Source: Botryllus schlosseri (taxonomy: Eukaryota). From it: a stretch of 64,000 nt of DNA. Below, one piece after another: positions 25,393-38,370 of the stretch. The notes beneath the pieces are model-generated. The model searched no databases. It was not told the DNA's origin and saw only the letters and a list, made by a program, of their open reading frames with translations. Where the stretch lies: contig CM119371.1 in NCBI GenBank assembly GCA_051294905.1, positions 19,654,001-19,718,000 of the forward strand, given 5' to 3'. Position 1 is the stretch's first letter. Each line of letters starts with the position of its first letter. The position numbers were made by a program, and so were the translations under genes.

Positions 25393-27072
25393 CAGTGGTT
25401 CCCAAAGTGGGCGCCAGCGCCCCCCTGGGGGCGTTCGCGAGCGTGAAGGGGGCGCTGGCTATGAAATGGGCGATTGGGGGGCGCTGGCTTGAAAATTGGG
25501 CGGTAGGGGGGCGCTGAGAGCAAATGCGGGTGGTGTAGGTTTAGAAGTCAACTGCTCCGTATAGTGCTGAAACGATTGATTAATAATGAGGCTAGATTCG
25601 CAGTAAATATTCATCAATAAAGAGGCTAGATTGACAGTAAAAATGCATACTAGATTCAGTCAGGGCAATTTAGGGTCGTCCGTCTATTTATTCAGCTGTA
25701 CCGGAAAAGTCCATTGTTACTTGTCAATGCTATTCCTTCTCGTCAATGGACTCATTTAGCAGTCGGCAGCATCCCCGAAAAGCGTGGTTCATTGTGTGCT
25801 GCTGTGAGAACTACGAAGTGTATTTGAGCAGTTATTGCTCACTGCAAGATGTGATGGCTTTTTAAGAGAAACTGTCTTGCATGATTTTAATATCTGTTTC
25901 AAACGATCGTGGATTTTCAACAGCGCTGTCACCGCGGCCTTCGACACGGCGTTCTGGTTGCAAGAAACGGCATCACTCCTACTTGAAGGTCGTATGAAAC
26001 CTTATAAACGTGAACATGGCACTGACCGTATTCGTTGACAAGTCAGTGATAATTCACCGGAATTTTGCGACACGTCCAATTGTAAAGTTTGCTTTGAGCT
26101 ACCGGTTCAACTCGAATACCTGATTTTGATGGACAAACATGAATCAATCAATCATCTCGTAAAATTACACGAGGATGGGTGATTTGGTTCCAGGATATGT
26201 TCCAATTAGAAATTCTTCACCGGATAATCAATCCACTCTGTGAAGTTTCCAGGCATGAAATGTTTGAGCAGCTAAGTACATTGTAGCCAGGGGTACCATA
26301 CGCCCGTAGTAACGGTTACCATACGTCCTCTTTTTTGAAAGTGTCCTCGGAAGACGCCTAAACGTCCTTTTTCATGATAATTTGTCTATTTTTTTGGAAA
26401 ATTTTGGTTGAATGTTCGTGGAAATTGGACTGAGATATAGGAATTCAGTGTTCGAGTGACGGTCTGGCGGTTTTTTCGTGACATGAGCCAGAAAAATGAC
26501 CATTTTTCAGTCAACTAGCCACAAACTGGGGAAAAATTTACCATTTTTTACGGATTTTCCTCCATCATTGTGAGTCTGAAAATTTTGAAAAATCGCCATC
26601 ATTTCAGATTCCCAAACTATGGTAACCCTAGTTGTAGTGTAAAACAATTTCGAGTTCAACCAAAAGTTCAATTTCTCCAATCAATCGTTCTGGGTACACA
26701 ATTGAATAAAAATAAACACTCTCACTATGGTCGGGTTGGCTTTTTCGTCGTTACCCTTTCCGCGCATATTTGATAGAACGCTCTCAGCGCCGTGAATATT
26801 TTCTGACTCACAGCAGAAACCTACTAGCCAGTAGGCCTACATGAAGTGAACACTGGAGATTTTAGACTGATGTTGTTCTTATCAAAACGTTAACCCAATA
26901 TGACGAGAATGATGATATTGATACACTAGCTTCATCCGTCTCAATATTAGCTGTATTAAATGCAGAAAAAGTTTCGTTTTATGATTAAACGTGGTGAGGG
27001 GGTGTCGGGGGGCGGTGGCACATTATTCGTTGTCCAAGGGGGCGGTAGCTCAAAAAAGTTTGGGAGACACTG
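25393..27072. mobile_element. Non-autonomous hAT element with a nested MITE at 26288-26630
   Basis: CAGTGGTTCCCAAA / TTTGGGAGACACTG with perfect TSD CTCTAACC. The inner MITE has ...TACCATA/TATGGTAACCCTA ends and TSD ATTGTAGC/GTTGTAGT. Confidence 0.9.
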
Positions 27073-27985
27073 CTCTAACCACTCCTCGCTTCTGGTTACG
27101 ATACCAGCAACCTAAAGTTCGGATTCTGGTTTGCTAAACCTAAAAGACCGTCCAAGTTCAACCATATACAACATTTCTGAAAAATCAAAGTCCAGTCCGA
27201 TCTGTTCCGTATTTAAGAAAGAGCCTGTATATGACACAAAACATCAGTATTTCTTCCGTAACTCGCGAACACAAGTTGTAGGGGCTTTTAGACTCGCACC
27301 GAGTAACAATAAATTGTCTATTTGTTGTCGGATCAGCGCGTGAGATTACTGCACAGATTGAGCGTGATTACAAAGTATTGCCCCTACACAGCCAGCTTCA
27401 AATAATAATATATATCCTCACAGCATTACCGTGTATCGTTCATGCCGGGGGGCAGTTCGATCTGTTGTGACATGCAATCCGGAGCAAACAGCGAGTGTTA
27501 CTGAGAAATTACCAAGATATTTCAATTCTCGAATGCTTTTGTCCAGTATAAACATATGAGATAAAGATGTTGTCTGTTTATATATATTCTAACCAGAACT
27601 GCGATAGCATCTGTCCACCGCCACGATTTACATTTTCTATCACGCTATCCACAACATCTCTCATCTCCAACATGTTTTGAGCTATAGTTCTTGCTGTTTA
27701 ATCCTACATCTTTCTGGCATTTTACTTTCTCTAATTGTAGAGTGCGATCGTAAGGTGCGAATGCATTCGTGCAAATATTCAATTCACGGTGCGTCTCATG
27801 ATCACGACTGAAATTAATCCGAACGCCGCACTGTAGCAAGACAATGCGTGTTTAAAATACATGTTATATTTTTGCGTGCAGGAAGAAATTTGTCTGGTCT
27901 TGAACAATCTTCCAAGGAATAAGGGATGAATTTTGTGCCCTGGTGGTAGCCTACTTCACTAAGCGTGTTTTCTCATACTGCTATT

Positions 27986-28179
27986 CAATGTTCCCTCTAA
28001 GCTGCGCACGTGCGCAAATGCGCAATGCTTTTACGGTCTATGCGCACAGAAAATCCAAGTTGCGCACAGAAAATCCGAAGTGATGACCTTTTTTTTAGTC
28101 GTTACGCACTGTTTTCCAAGGGTCTGCGCAGTGAGTTGGTGACTCTGCGCAGAACCGTCAAAAATTAGAGGGAACATTG
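27986..28179. mobile_element. About 190-bp hAT MITE (CAATGTTCCCTCTAA family)
   Basis: Perfect TSD CTGCTATT. Relatives at about 20170-20356, 40492-40692 (TSD GTCAGGCG/GTCAGGCC) and about 48412. Confidence 0.93.
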
Positions 28180-28779
28180 CTGCTATTCATCTTCATTGAG
28201 TTGTGCTTGAGAGAAGAAATTTTGGATTTATTACAGAGTATTTATATAAATCTTTTTTCAAAATTTTCTGTTCACCCCATGAAATTGATAAGTTGTCTAC
28301 ATAAATACAGCTCACCAAATTTTGCTCAATTCCAGCCAACGGAAGTAGAGTTATTGCAGTTTAAAAATTTGAATTTGAATAAAATAGTATTCACGGTGAC
28401 TAACCTTGTCTTCTATCATTATGGCTACTGGTTGAAATCGAGCCAAATTTGGTGTGCGGAGATTTTTAGCCAACCTAACAATTTTATCAAGCAGTCAGAG
28501 AAATTTGAACACGCTTAATAGTCCCTGAGCTGTTTACATGAAGCACGATCGACCTTGCAGTTTTGTGTGACACTGCTTTGTACATCGGATAGCGATGAAT
28601 AACCTAGGTCCTAGACCATTGCTTTTAAACCTTTTTGAGCTCCATTTGCACTTTTTTTTTGTGAAATAAATTTCGTTCGCACAAACTAACCGAAAATTGT
28701 TATACAAAAAAAAAGATGAAGATACTTTACAACATTTTCTTCAGATGTGCAACAAATTGGCTGCTATGTAGCTTAAACT

Positions 28780-30330
28780 ATAAAGTGTCTCATTGAAAAG
28801 GCCACTTTTTCGCTCGTTTTAATTTCAACTACTACACTAAAACCCTTCTCGACCAAACAAGTTGTTGGGTTTTTTACAAGAACGTCTGCTAGTGCTTGGA
28901 TGGCCAGGTCTTAAAATCTGTTCTGCACTCCTATCCAAAATACAACGTATTTGTCGCCAGTGACAAATGCTTGCTGGTAGAAATCGTTTTTGAGAGCTGA
29001 CACAAAGGTCTCGGAGGCTCCAGTTTGTCGTAAGGGTGAAAACCCCACATGTTTGCGTTGAGGCTTTTGCCTTATGTCTTGCCATATAAAGTCAAACACG
29101 ATGAAGGAGAGTAGGCACATTAGAACTCGCTACCTTATGATACACGTTGCTCCAACTTGTGTTCTGTTTTTTTCTCGATTTCCCATTTTTTGTGTCGCGA
29201 GTATATGAGAAGAGCAAATAAACTCACGGTACTGAGTGTTCGGCTCACCCATGTAAAGGAATTCCTTTTTAAAGTGACAGTAGTATGGTATGATTTTACG
29301 GACATGCATGGCACACAGAATGCGCACGCCACAGTTCTACCCAACACAGCTCTCAAAACATGTCACGCGATTTCAAATTAGGGATATTAAATTCCTGTGC
29401 GGGTAGAATTTGTACTACTGTCTACTGAGACTGGATTGCAAGAACGGGACTATTCCGTGCCGACTACGGAGCATATCCATATCGAAAGGTTTTGCCATCC
29501 AGCATCGGTCATTTTTGGTCAAGGTTTTGTCGCCTCTTATGTTTTGGCACCGCATTTTATCAGCGGTATGATGACACAAACTTTACGTCTTCATGTGCCC
29601 GACGCAGAAGGGGTTGGCCTCGAAATGAATGAGTCTCATATGCCTGAACTCGGTCGTTGCACAGCCCTACACTAGTTCATTCCAACGATCTTCATCCATG
29701 TTTTTCATCGCCGATCTCACTGCAGTTGCGGTGACTAAAAAAAAGCCCAGATACGACAGTAGGTCGAGCTATAAGTCGACGATAAAGAAAGAACCGATGA
29801 AAGCCTTGAAGATACAGAGACTGCTGAAAGAGCGCACGAGCAATTGAACATGATGAAATGCATTGAACTGTGTGATAAAATGTGATGTCGCGGAGCACAA
29901 AGCCCTAATCGGCCTATAAGCACCACTATTGTGTGTTGTTATAATAATAATAATCCCACCGGTCTTCATCCATGTTTTTCAGAAAAAAACATTCGGAAAA
30001 TTTATCATGAATTATAACCAAAGGTCGACAGATTCTCAAGATCAAGTCATATTTCTGTGTGTCTCGCTCATTGGGTAGAGTACCCAACACAGTGGCCTTG
30101 GATATGTAAAAACTATTATCGCTGGATATTTTGCAATGAATTAAACAAATATTACAGATACGCAATAACAGATAGCTCTGTCACCGTGTCGACCCAAACT
30201 TATACCCTTTGCGGCCCATACTTTAATAGCCCTTGAAGAGGTAAAAATTTGCAAATGCGAGTCTGTAACGATGGTATTTACTACTATCCTCGTGCCTCGC
30301 GCTAATCGAACAGTTATTGCGAAATTATGA
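28780..30330 (-). pseudogene. Decayed Buster/Charlie-type hAT transposase
   Basis: In-frame reading FWIGVQNRF*DLAIQALADVLVKNPTTCLVEKGFSVVVEIKT resembles the hAT dimerisation motif (FW...LA..AL..L..FPT.YL.E.GFS...IKT). The upstream part is heavily disrupted. Confidence 0.65.
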
Positions 30331-30994
30331 TGATTGTTCAGCGAAAGAAAGCAGAAAGTCAATTTGACGTCATTTTTTTCAGCCTGTCACAGGCTCAGAC
30401 GGGCTGATATACTGTATGCCTGCCACTACACCAGCTTCCAAACCAGGTTTTTGGTTACGTATTAATTATAGTGCGAAAATATTAAACTACTACGGCTTGT
30501 GAGACCTACAGTTAGTGGTGCGTCGTAAATTAAACAAGTCACAATTGAGTCGCAACTACAAACGTTACACTGCCATTGAATTTCCTATTAGGTTTATTTT
30601 AAATATTCAACATCATAAAAATTAAAAATTATTCACGATTTTCATTTAAAATCCCTGACCTAGACTAAATAAATCAACCTCCCACGTCTTGGTAAGGGTT
30701 CTGTAGTGAACCCCGATAGGACTGAAACCCGATAATGCTAACGTCTTACAAAGAAAACTACTTGCTTTCGTCGCATTGCAAAGGACACCAAAAATCGCGT
30801 TGGATGGTGATATATCAGTTTTTCCATAGAACTCATTGCAATTTTAAATAGCTTTAATTGGGCGCGAATTGAAATATTTAAGTATAGTCATACTATCGGG
30901 CAGTTTAAGCGCCCAACTCCGGACCCAACTAGGGCTGTATTTAAAACAAACGGCGTTTTATATCACTTTATTTAAATTAAAAGATGTTCTAAAC

Positions 30995-32567
30995 CAGGGG
31001 TCACCAACACGCGGCCCGCGAGGTCATATTTTGCGGCCCGCGGCCCGATTTGGAGACATTTTGGAATAACGCTCAGCGAACCATTTCGAAATGCCGAAAT
31101 TGATTTCAGTGTAAATATATTGTGGTTGTTGTTCAAAGTAGGTCATTCTACTGTGCCCAATATCACTATTGCTTCGATTCGGCAAGGTAATATCATTCTA
31201 TGCGGGAGGAATAATTTGCCGATATGAATGCGCATATTGCCTTGGCGTGCAACGGCCAACCACTGCCAATACCGGGAGGCTTGATAAACGACTTCGGGCT
31301 CTACAAGATACCATGCTTTACGAGTAGATAGTTTTCCAGCAAATAGGCTACCTTGCCTATAACTAACCCCAATATCGATTCTTCAATCCTGGGGCGGCAA
31401 ATCTGCGGCAGTAGAAGAAAAATTATGCGGGCGTCGACACTCAATTCAATTAGGATGTGTTGGCGGCTGTCAATATTATGCAAATTTAATTTACGAATTG
31501 ACTCCCTAATTATAATGAGATATTTGAATTATTCCTGAAATTTTCTTCGCGCTGCGCGCGCGTCAATGCGAGTTCATTTTTAATATTAATATAGCAGTGT
31601 CCATTGTAATCTGAGCCCCACCGTACAGATGCGAACAGCAGAGAAAAATTTTGCGCCCCATAAAGATATACCAATTTTGATCGTATTCTCCTCATCCCGA
31701 ATTAATTTTTTTCTGGTAGACCTGCGTTTGGGCGAATCCAATATATTTCCACTATAACGATAATTCTAATGGGAGGTCAAGAAATAACTGAATGCAACAT
31801 AGGAGACTAATGAGAATTGGCCCACTCAAAGATGCACCACAGCAATAATAACTTCTCCAAGTTTTTGAAGACACCGGCCGCTGCATAAACTCTACCGGTG
31901 AATCTGATCACATGCGCCGAGAAAGGATGAATTTTTGATAGTAATATGTGAAACAATACTAATAATACATTGACAAAATCCACTCATGAACATGAAAAAA
32001 ATTTTCGCGCTTGGCGCGACTACGGTCTACGAATCCCTGTTGCTCATCTTCACAACATGACTATATTCACGATCTCGGTGCCATAGTAAGCCGATATGAG
32101 TAAATAGATTTGTCCGGAGTGTACCAGCAATGGACATGGTGAGTTTAACGTAGATATTTGGCCCCAGCTTGTTTATTGGTACCACTATGCACCGGAATGC
32201 GGCCGCGGGCTACATGAGTAATCGAAATGCGACCGTGAATAGGAAAAAGGTTGGCCACCCCTCTTTTAGTTGCTACAGAGTGTTGTCTCATGGTATCGTG
32301 CGCAGCTCATAGTTCAAAATATAATGAAATTGATGAGCATGATATTTTTTTTTGTATTTGTCTTTGTTCCATAAAATATTATTCATTTTGTGGTGACTAT
32401 GCCCATCGCCCATGTCAGAGAGCACAGCATTGTACTTACGTAGAGTTATCACACGGGATTGATAAGCTGCGTTGCCTATGTTAATCTCGATATTGAAGTC
32501 ATGCGGCCCGCGGCCTCTAGGAATTTCGAAAAGTGGCCCGCGACCCATTTTGAGTTGGCGACCCCTG
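30995..32567. mobile_element. Non-autonomous hAT element
   Basis: CAGGGGTCACCAAC / GTTGGCGACCCCTG. Perfect TSD TTCTAAAC. Confidence 0.92.
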
Positions 32568-33469
32568 TTCTAAACAGTGTTTTGAAAATGCCATTTTATA
32601 AAAATTAAGTTGTTTTCTTTTCATTTCAAAAGATCATTATGCCATAATTGTGCGAATACTTTCGAAAAACATGTAGTGTAAGCATACGGACGAAGTGCTC
32701 CCTAGATATAAATCATAGGTACGGAGTGGATGATCTGATGATGATGATGACCGCCGACCGTCAAAATGTTACATAACGATGTAGTATTAGTTAAAGATAT
32801 TTTTGGTCTGTATATGACGGGAGTCGGAAGCCTTTTTCATATTTTTAATTGTCAATGTCAATCCACTATGACGTCATAATTGAAGATTTGTCTCGTCATG
32901 GCTAAAAAACTAAGAAAACAATAAAAACATGTTTTAAAACAAAGCCATGCTTTAAACATGTTGTTTTAAGTAGAACTGACTCTTGCAAAGCGTTCAACAC
33001 ACTTGAACTTCATTTTGATTCCATGATTTAGACGTGTCGGTCGTAACAAAGAAGCAGACCGACCTACAAGATCCACAACATTGGGCGCAATTTTAGATAT
33101 ATCACAATCGCAAACTCTACCTCTCAAAATAGAGATCAATCGTGACCATTTCTGTAGAAAGAGTGGAAGTCAGAACCGCGCGATGTCAGCAGAGACTCAC
33201 AACACCAAGGCCTCAATAAGAGATAAGATTCGTCCATTTTAACCCGACATAATACCGGATATTGCGGATTAAATCTGCAATGTTGAATCTGTACAAGGTT
33301 GGGTGTAATGGCGACGGATTGCTGACATTTCGTTTGACTATGGCGCATTTCCTCCGAGCATACCTGTGATCCCCCATATATAGACTATATGTCATTGAAG
33401 CTGCCAGGAATCCTGTTGGTATTATTGCGCTGTCAGGCGTACTAGCCTAACTATCAGTTCACTATAATG

Positions 33470-34392
33470 CAGGGCTGGCCAACCTTTTCAGCCAAAGGGC
33501 CACATTCGATTGACGAACTATTGGGCGGGCCACCAGCCGCGCGAAGCGCGAAATTTTTTTGAGGTTCATCGGTCAATAATATTGTCACTTGACTATATTG
33601 CGGGCCTGCTGCAGTTCGCTGGGCTAAATTTGCGAGGACTGGGCTACGCGGCGCCTGGACATATCGATATCGAAAGCTGCGACCAACATACGTCAATTGG
33701 TTGGTTGGTTTTGAGGTATTCATGGTGTTTGTCGACTACTATGGTCCTTTACACCAGATCGATATTCTTTATTTATATTCCGTAACTGCCGACTTACAGC
33801 ACGGCCCACTTCTAGGCTTTTTCTAAGACACCGCTTACGCGGATGAGGTGGCGAGGAGCCTAGAAAAACCTCCAACACGTGGATATAGCAAATGCGTCGA
33901 TTATTTTATGCCTAGGTTTCATAGTCGACGGTCTTACTGCGAGCGCAAACGCAAGGTCGCATATGTTGAACGACACTTTGTCTCGTAATCGCGAATATAG
34001 TTAGACTCAATCTGATACATTAGGCGTTCTTTCATTTTCACAAAGGGGCAACAATATCAAAAACAAGAAATCAAGCGACAACATGTTGCGAGAAGCTTGT
34101 CCAAAATTTTTACATTTGATAAACCCATCGTAAATTATTCTGCTTTATTGTAGTGTACGAATATCTACCAATATGTGACTGGCTGATGGATCTGCCAAAG
34201 CGCCGGAACTGATATTTTAGTCATCACATTTCAAGTGCCAGATACTAATCGAATTTTTGTTTATCCTTGCAAGTATGCAATCTGTGCAATCCATTTTGGT
34301 GATATTAGAAATTTGGGAAATTACTTCGCGGGCCACTCAAAACCTTCTCGCGCGCCACATGTGGCCCGCGGGCCACGGGTTGGCCGGCCCTG
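33470..34392. mobile_element. Non-autonomous hAT element
   Basis: CAGGGCTGGCCAAC / GTTGGCCGGCCCTG. Perfect TSD CTATAATG. Confidence 0.92.
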
Positions 34393-34635
34393 CTATAATG
34401 TCTGTCGGTGAACTTGCTATTTCGTCAAATACAATAATGCAAGAGGACTTATTACAATCAAACCCTCTAGTGCACAAGATCATAGTAGTCGAGCACCAAA
34501 ACCGTACATCAATATAGCTGTTCTCAGATTCATACAATGGTCTCTTCGTGCAATGTTTTTATTCGCACAAATTTCTTCATTACATCACCATTTACAAATG
34601 GTCATGTATCCGTTATGACGAGCGGAACGATTCGC

Positions 34636-37600
34636 TCAGCCTTCGGTGAGAATCGGTTTCACCGGGGAAGGAGTCCGTGGGCAAACTAATCCTGGAAATT
34701 TGGAAAGCTTGCGAACCAATTCCTGAAAAGTAAATTATGTATTGCATAACTGACTGGGTTCTTCCATAATGGTTGCATAAACCAATGCGTAAGGGATTCA
34801 TAAGCGGAGGTGTTGGTAGGTACTGGGGTGGAAGTACAAGTTAGACCGCGAATTACTACTCGATTACAGGCAGAAGTAGCAATTTCCAGGTTTTAAAAAT
34901 AGATTTGGTCGTTGCGTCATAAACTTTTAGCAGTTAATCGGAAGTAGCTACAGTGACTGACACTGACGCACAATGACCAATGACACTACTAACAGGTATA
35001 CGATTCTTTAAAATATATTCAGCTAGAACAGGGGCGGGCAACTTCTTTAGTCGGCGGGCCGGATATAAGAAAATTAAGTACTTGGCGGGCCTGATTGCTG
35101 AATCGATACATTATTCGCCCATTTATCCACATATACAAGGAATACATCGTAATTGATGAATACTGCAGAAAACAATACCTTCATATTGCAAATATATTCC
35201 ACTCGAAGCTTTTCGACTGGCCCTCTTTAGAGTGACCGCCACCAAATGAGGTTTACCCAGTTTGAAATAAAGAAATTATTTTGTCGTGGTGACGTAATAA
35301 TGGCAAGTACTCCGAGTCGCGAACGGGAGTAAACAACGCACGGTTACAACGTACACAAAATCAGCTGTAAGACAGCCGAACGACAAAAAAAACACTAACA
35401 GAAGATTCCCAGCGTGTAGAGATGTTCCTTCTGGTAACAGAGGATCGGCTTTTGCAGCTTTATGATAGTTTATTCAAGGACCTTTAAATGAAAAAGAGTG
35501 CGACCACGAGCAGCTATGGAAAACTGATTGATATTGTAATGTTTTGCACACTGGGTGTGCACTGTGCAGTAGAGGGCCAGTAGAGAAGCTTCGAGTGGAA
35601 TAAATTTGCATATGAACGCATTGTTTGCTGCAATATTGAAGTGCCGTACTCCGAAAAGCCTATTTAATTAATGTATGTATGTATTTTAACAACAGTAATG
35701 TCACTTCAAAGCCATTTCTGGCCGATAGTGACGAAGCCAATGTGGATTTGAGAATAGCATTGTCATACAGGCGCCGCCATGTCTGCTTCTATCTGATCAA
35801 TCAATCAGATTAATTAATTAGGATTTCAAGGTGTTCGATAAGCCCGGTACTCCAAATTTACCAAGATATCAATTCATTAGAGTTGAGTAGGTGACGAGAT
35901 AGCGTCGTTGTTCAACTGTGTGGCCAAGTTGATCTAGATATTTGATTCATGCGGCCCGCGTCCTCTACGAAATTTGAAAAGTGGCCTGCGACTCGTTTTG
36001 AGTTGGCGAGCTCTGGCATAAGCGGTGTCTTATAAAAGCCTAGAAGTGTGCCGTGCTACAAGTCGGCGGTTACGGAATCAAAAATAAGAATACCAGCCTG
36101 GTGTAAATGACCATTGTATTCGACAAACACCATGATTACCACAAACGACATTAGGGTTGAGTACATCGTAAATGCCGAAAACGCAGGTCTTCTCGCTTTG
36201 AAGAACTTACGCGTAAGCTCCACTCTCGCACACTGCGCGTACGTACACGTATATAATAATATACAGTCATCAACATTTGATGTAGTAAGCAAGTAGTGGG
36301 GGATCTCGGCATACTGGGTCCGCGGGCCACATTATCATGTAAGATGGAAAACTGTCCGCGGGCCGGATCCGGCCCGCGGGCCGTATGTTGCCCACCCCTG
36401 AGCTAGAAGGACTATATTCCGCACAGCTGTCATTTAAATTTCAAGCATAACATTGATGAAAGCATCTCCTACAAATACTTTCTGTTGAAAGGGAGTTGTT
36501 TTGCCGAAGAAAACTGTAAGTAGAAGTGGAAGTAGGCCTATTCTACACACATTATCACTTGACTTAGTAGTGTTAATGAGCAAAAATATTTTAGGAAGAA
36601 TGAGTACTTCGATATCATAACTCCATCTGGGTGTATACATAAGTAATACCTTAACCTGGTACTTGATTAAAGCCATGTATAAAAGAGGTGATTCAAGTTG
36701 TCACGTGACTACTTAGTGTATTTAGTGCAAATAGATATTATGAAAAGTACTCAAGTATGTTGTTGAAGGAGTAGATTGTGACGAGGGAAGTGAGTAGTGG
36801 AAAAAAATGAAACCCACCTGAGTACTTTGAACGTGTAGCAATACTATATTATCGATCACCTCAGGACTGGACAGTGGGCATACGCAATATGCTATATGCA
36901 TATAGGCTACATCGGGAGAGTATCAAACGGTATATGTTTGTATTTTGCACTATACTGACATGAGTCTAATAGTTTTGACTTACCAATTGCTTCTTTGTCA
37001 GGCAGTATCCAGATCTAGTGATGATTGGGCTAATTGGAAGAACTATTTTCGTTGATGGATAAGATGTACTTCCACGGCAGAGAGGACCCACTTGGCAGAC
37101 CAATCCTTTTCTGCGGTCGCAACGTCCGTATCGGTTGAATAAACCACCACAGCGTTCGTGTTGTTTCTTAGGTCTGACGCACACGTAGCAGCAGCTGAAA
37201 GGACAAATATATTGTTGATTCAGAAACCAAGATATCGTTATTTTGTTAGTGACAAGAAGGCAGCAATACGCAGATGTAATCAAAATAATCATTCACGTGC
37301 CTATGCACAACACATGCTACATCAGCGTGGGGCAATATAAAGACCCGGTCCGCGACAGAATTTTGATCTGCCTCCTCAGAGAGTTTTACCCTGAAAGTGA
37401 ATTTCTAATATGAAAGTAATGACAAACTGTATGCGTCACTGAATAAATCCAAGTTTGCCAACCTGAGAAAGATGGTCATGAAACTGCTTGTCCTGTTCGG
37501 GTCTACACACATTTGCGGGCAAACATTTTCGACCACGAACATTGACAAAGCAGAGCTGCGATCCAATGTAACTGATGTTCACGTGCAGTCTTTATTTAAG

Positions 37601-38048
37601 GTTCTATATACGATATTCAGCCGGAGTTCAAAGAGCTCATTGAGAACTATGATCGACCACAGATATCTGATTGACTTCAATAGCTCTTAAAGTAAATTAC
37701 GGTAAATACTGTTTTGGTCTCTGTGCTTTAAATTTAAAGTTTAACTTTAATACGTTTTATTCCTTGTATAGGTGGATAAAAACTCGATTAATGTATCGAT
37801 TCCGGGACCCCCCTTCGAGCACCCTACGTCATTTCCCCACATCATTCCCGCCGACCGGAGAAGTTTCCGGCCCTAATGCTACATGCTAACAACACCTACC
37901 CGCATCTGTCCTTTTCGGGAATCTTTTCTTGTGGACATTTGGGTCTTGGACAAGGCCTGGTGCATGGCGCGCAACTCAGTGATTTCGTTGGTGATGCTCC
38001 ATGCACTGCACCGACGCAAAACAAAACGACGAGACACAGAGTATTCAT
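34636..38048 (-). CDS. Secreted single IGFBP-N-domain protein (SIBD-like), 148 aa
   Basis: Exons 38048-37900, 37194-36984 and 34722-34636 are phase-consistent (donors GTAGGT, GTAAGT). Signal peptide MNTLCLVVLFCVGAVHG is followed by SCAPCTRPCPRPKC...DRCGCCYVC...ERCGGLFNRYGRC..GLVC...SGYC (CGCCxxC IGFBP motif assembled across intron 1). AATAAA at 34563-34558. Exon 3 is less certain than exons 1-2. Confidence 0.88.
35029..36400. mobile_element. Non-autonomous hAT element in intron 2 of the IGFBP-domain gene
   Basis: CAGGGGCGGGCAAC / GTTGCCCACCCCTG. Perfect TSD AGCTAGAA. Confidence 0.93.
37400..37875 (+). pseudogene. hAT (SPIN/GTF2IRD2-like) transposase C-terminal relic in intron 1
   Basis: KFANLRKMVMKLLVLFGSTHICGQTFSTTNIDKAELRSNVTDVHVQSL matches the FGSTYxCEQxFS...RSxLTD motif. 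Homologous to 9790-10240. Confidence 0.85.
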
Positions 38049-38120
38049 AATGTCAGCTCCCAATATTATATAACTATTCTACAAATTGGCCCTAGGGACT
38101 AATAGCGTTAGCTGCATATT

Positions 38121-38370
38121 CCCAGCAAACACAAAACTTATTAAAGATATTTTTTAAACATCTTCCATGAGTTCAAAAGATGTCCTTCAATGATGTGCAA
38201 AATATATACATTTGTCGACAGAAATGGATATATATAAGATGTCCTGTAGGACATCCTCAAAGACATTCTGATGGACATCCTCAAAGATATCCTGATAAAC
38301 ATCCTCAAAGATATCCTGATGGACATCCTCAAAGATATCCTGATAAACAGCCTCAACGATATCCTATAAG
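38121..38370 (+). mobile_element. CMC/EnSpm-type terminal fragment with 5 x 24-bp subterminal tandem repeats
   Basis: Starts CCCAGCAAACAC. Repeat unit GGACATCCTCAAAGATATCCTGAT at 38249-38368. Confidence 0.7.

Noticed and set aside
27400-27840. Coding-like stretch (RTIAQNMLEMRDVVDSVIENVN...FWLEYI) on the minus strand
   Set aside because: Short, interrupted, and no family could be assigned confidently.
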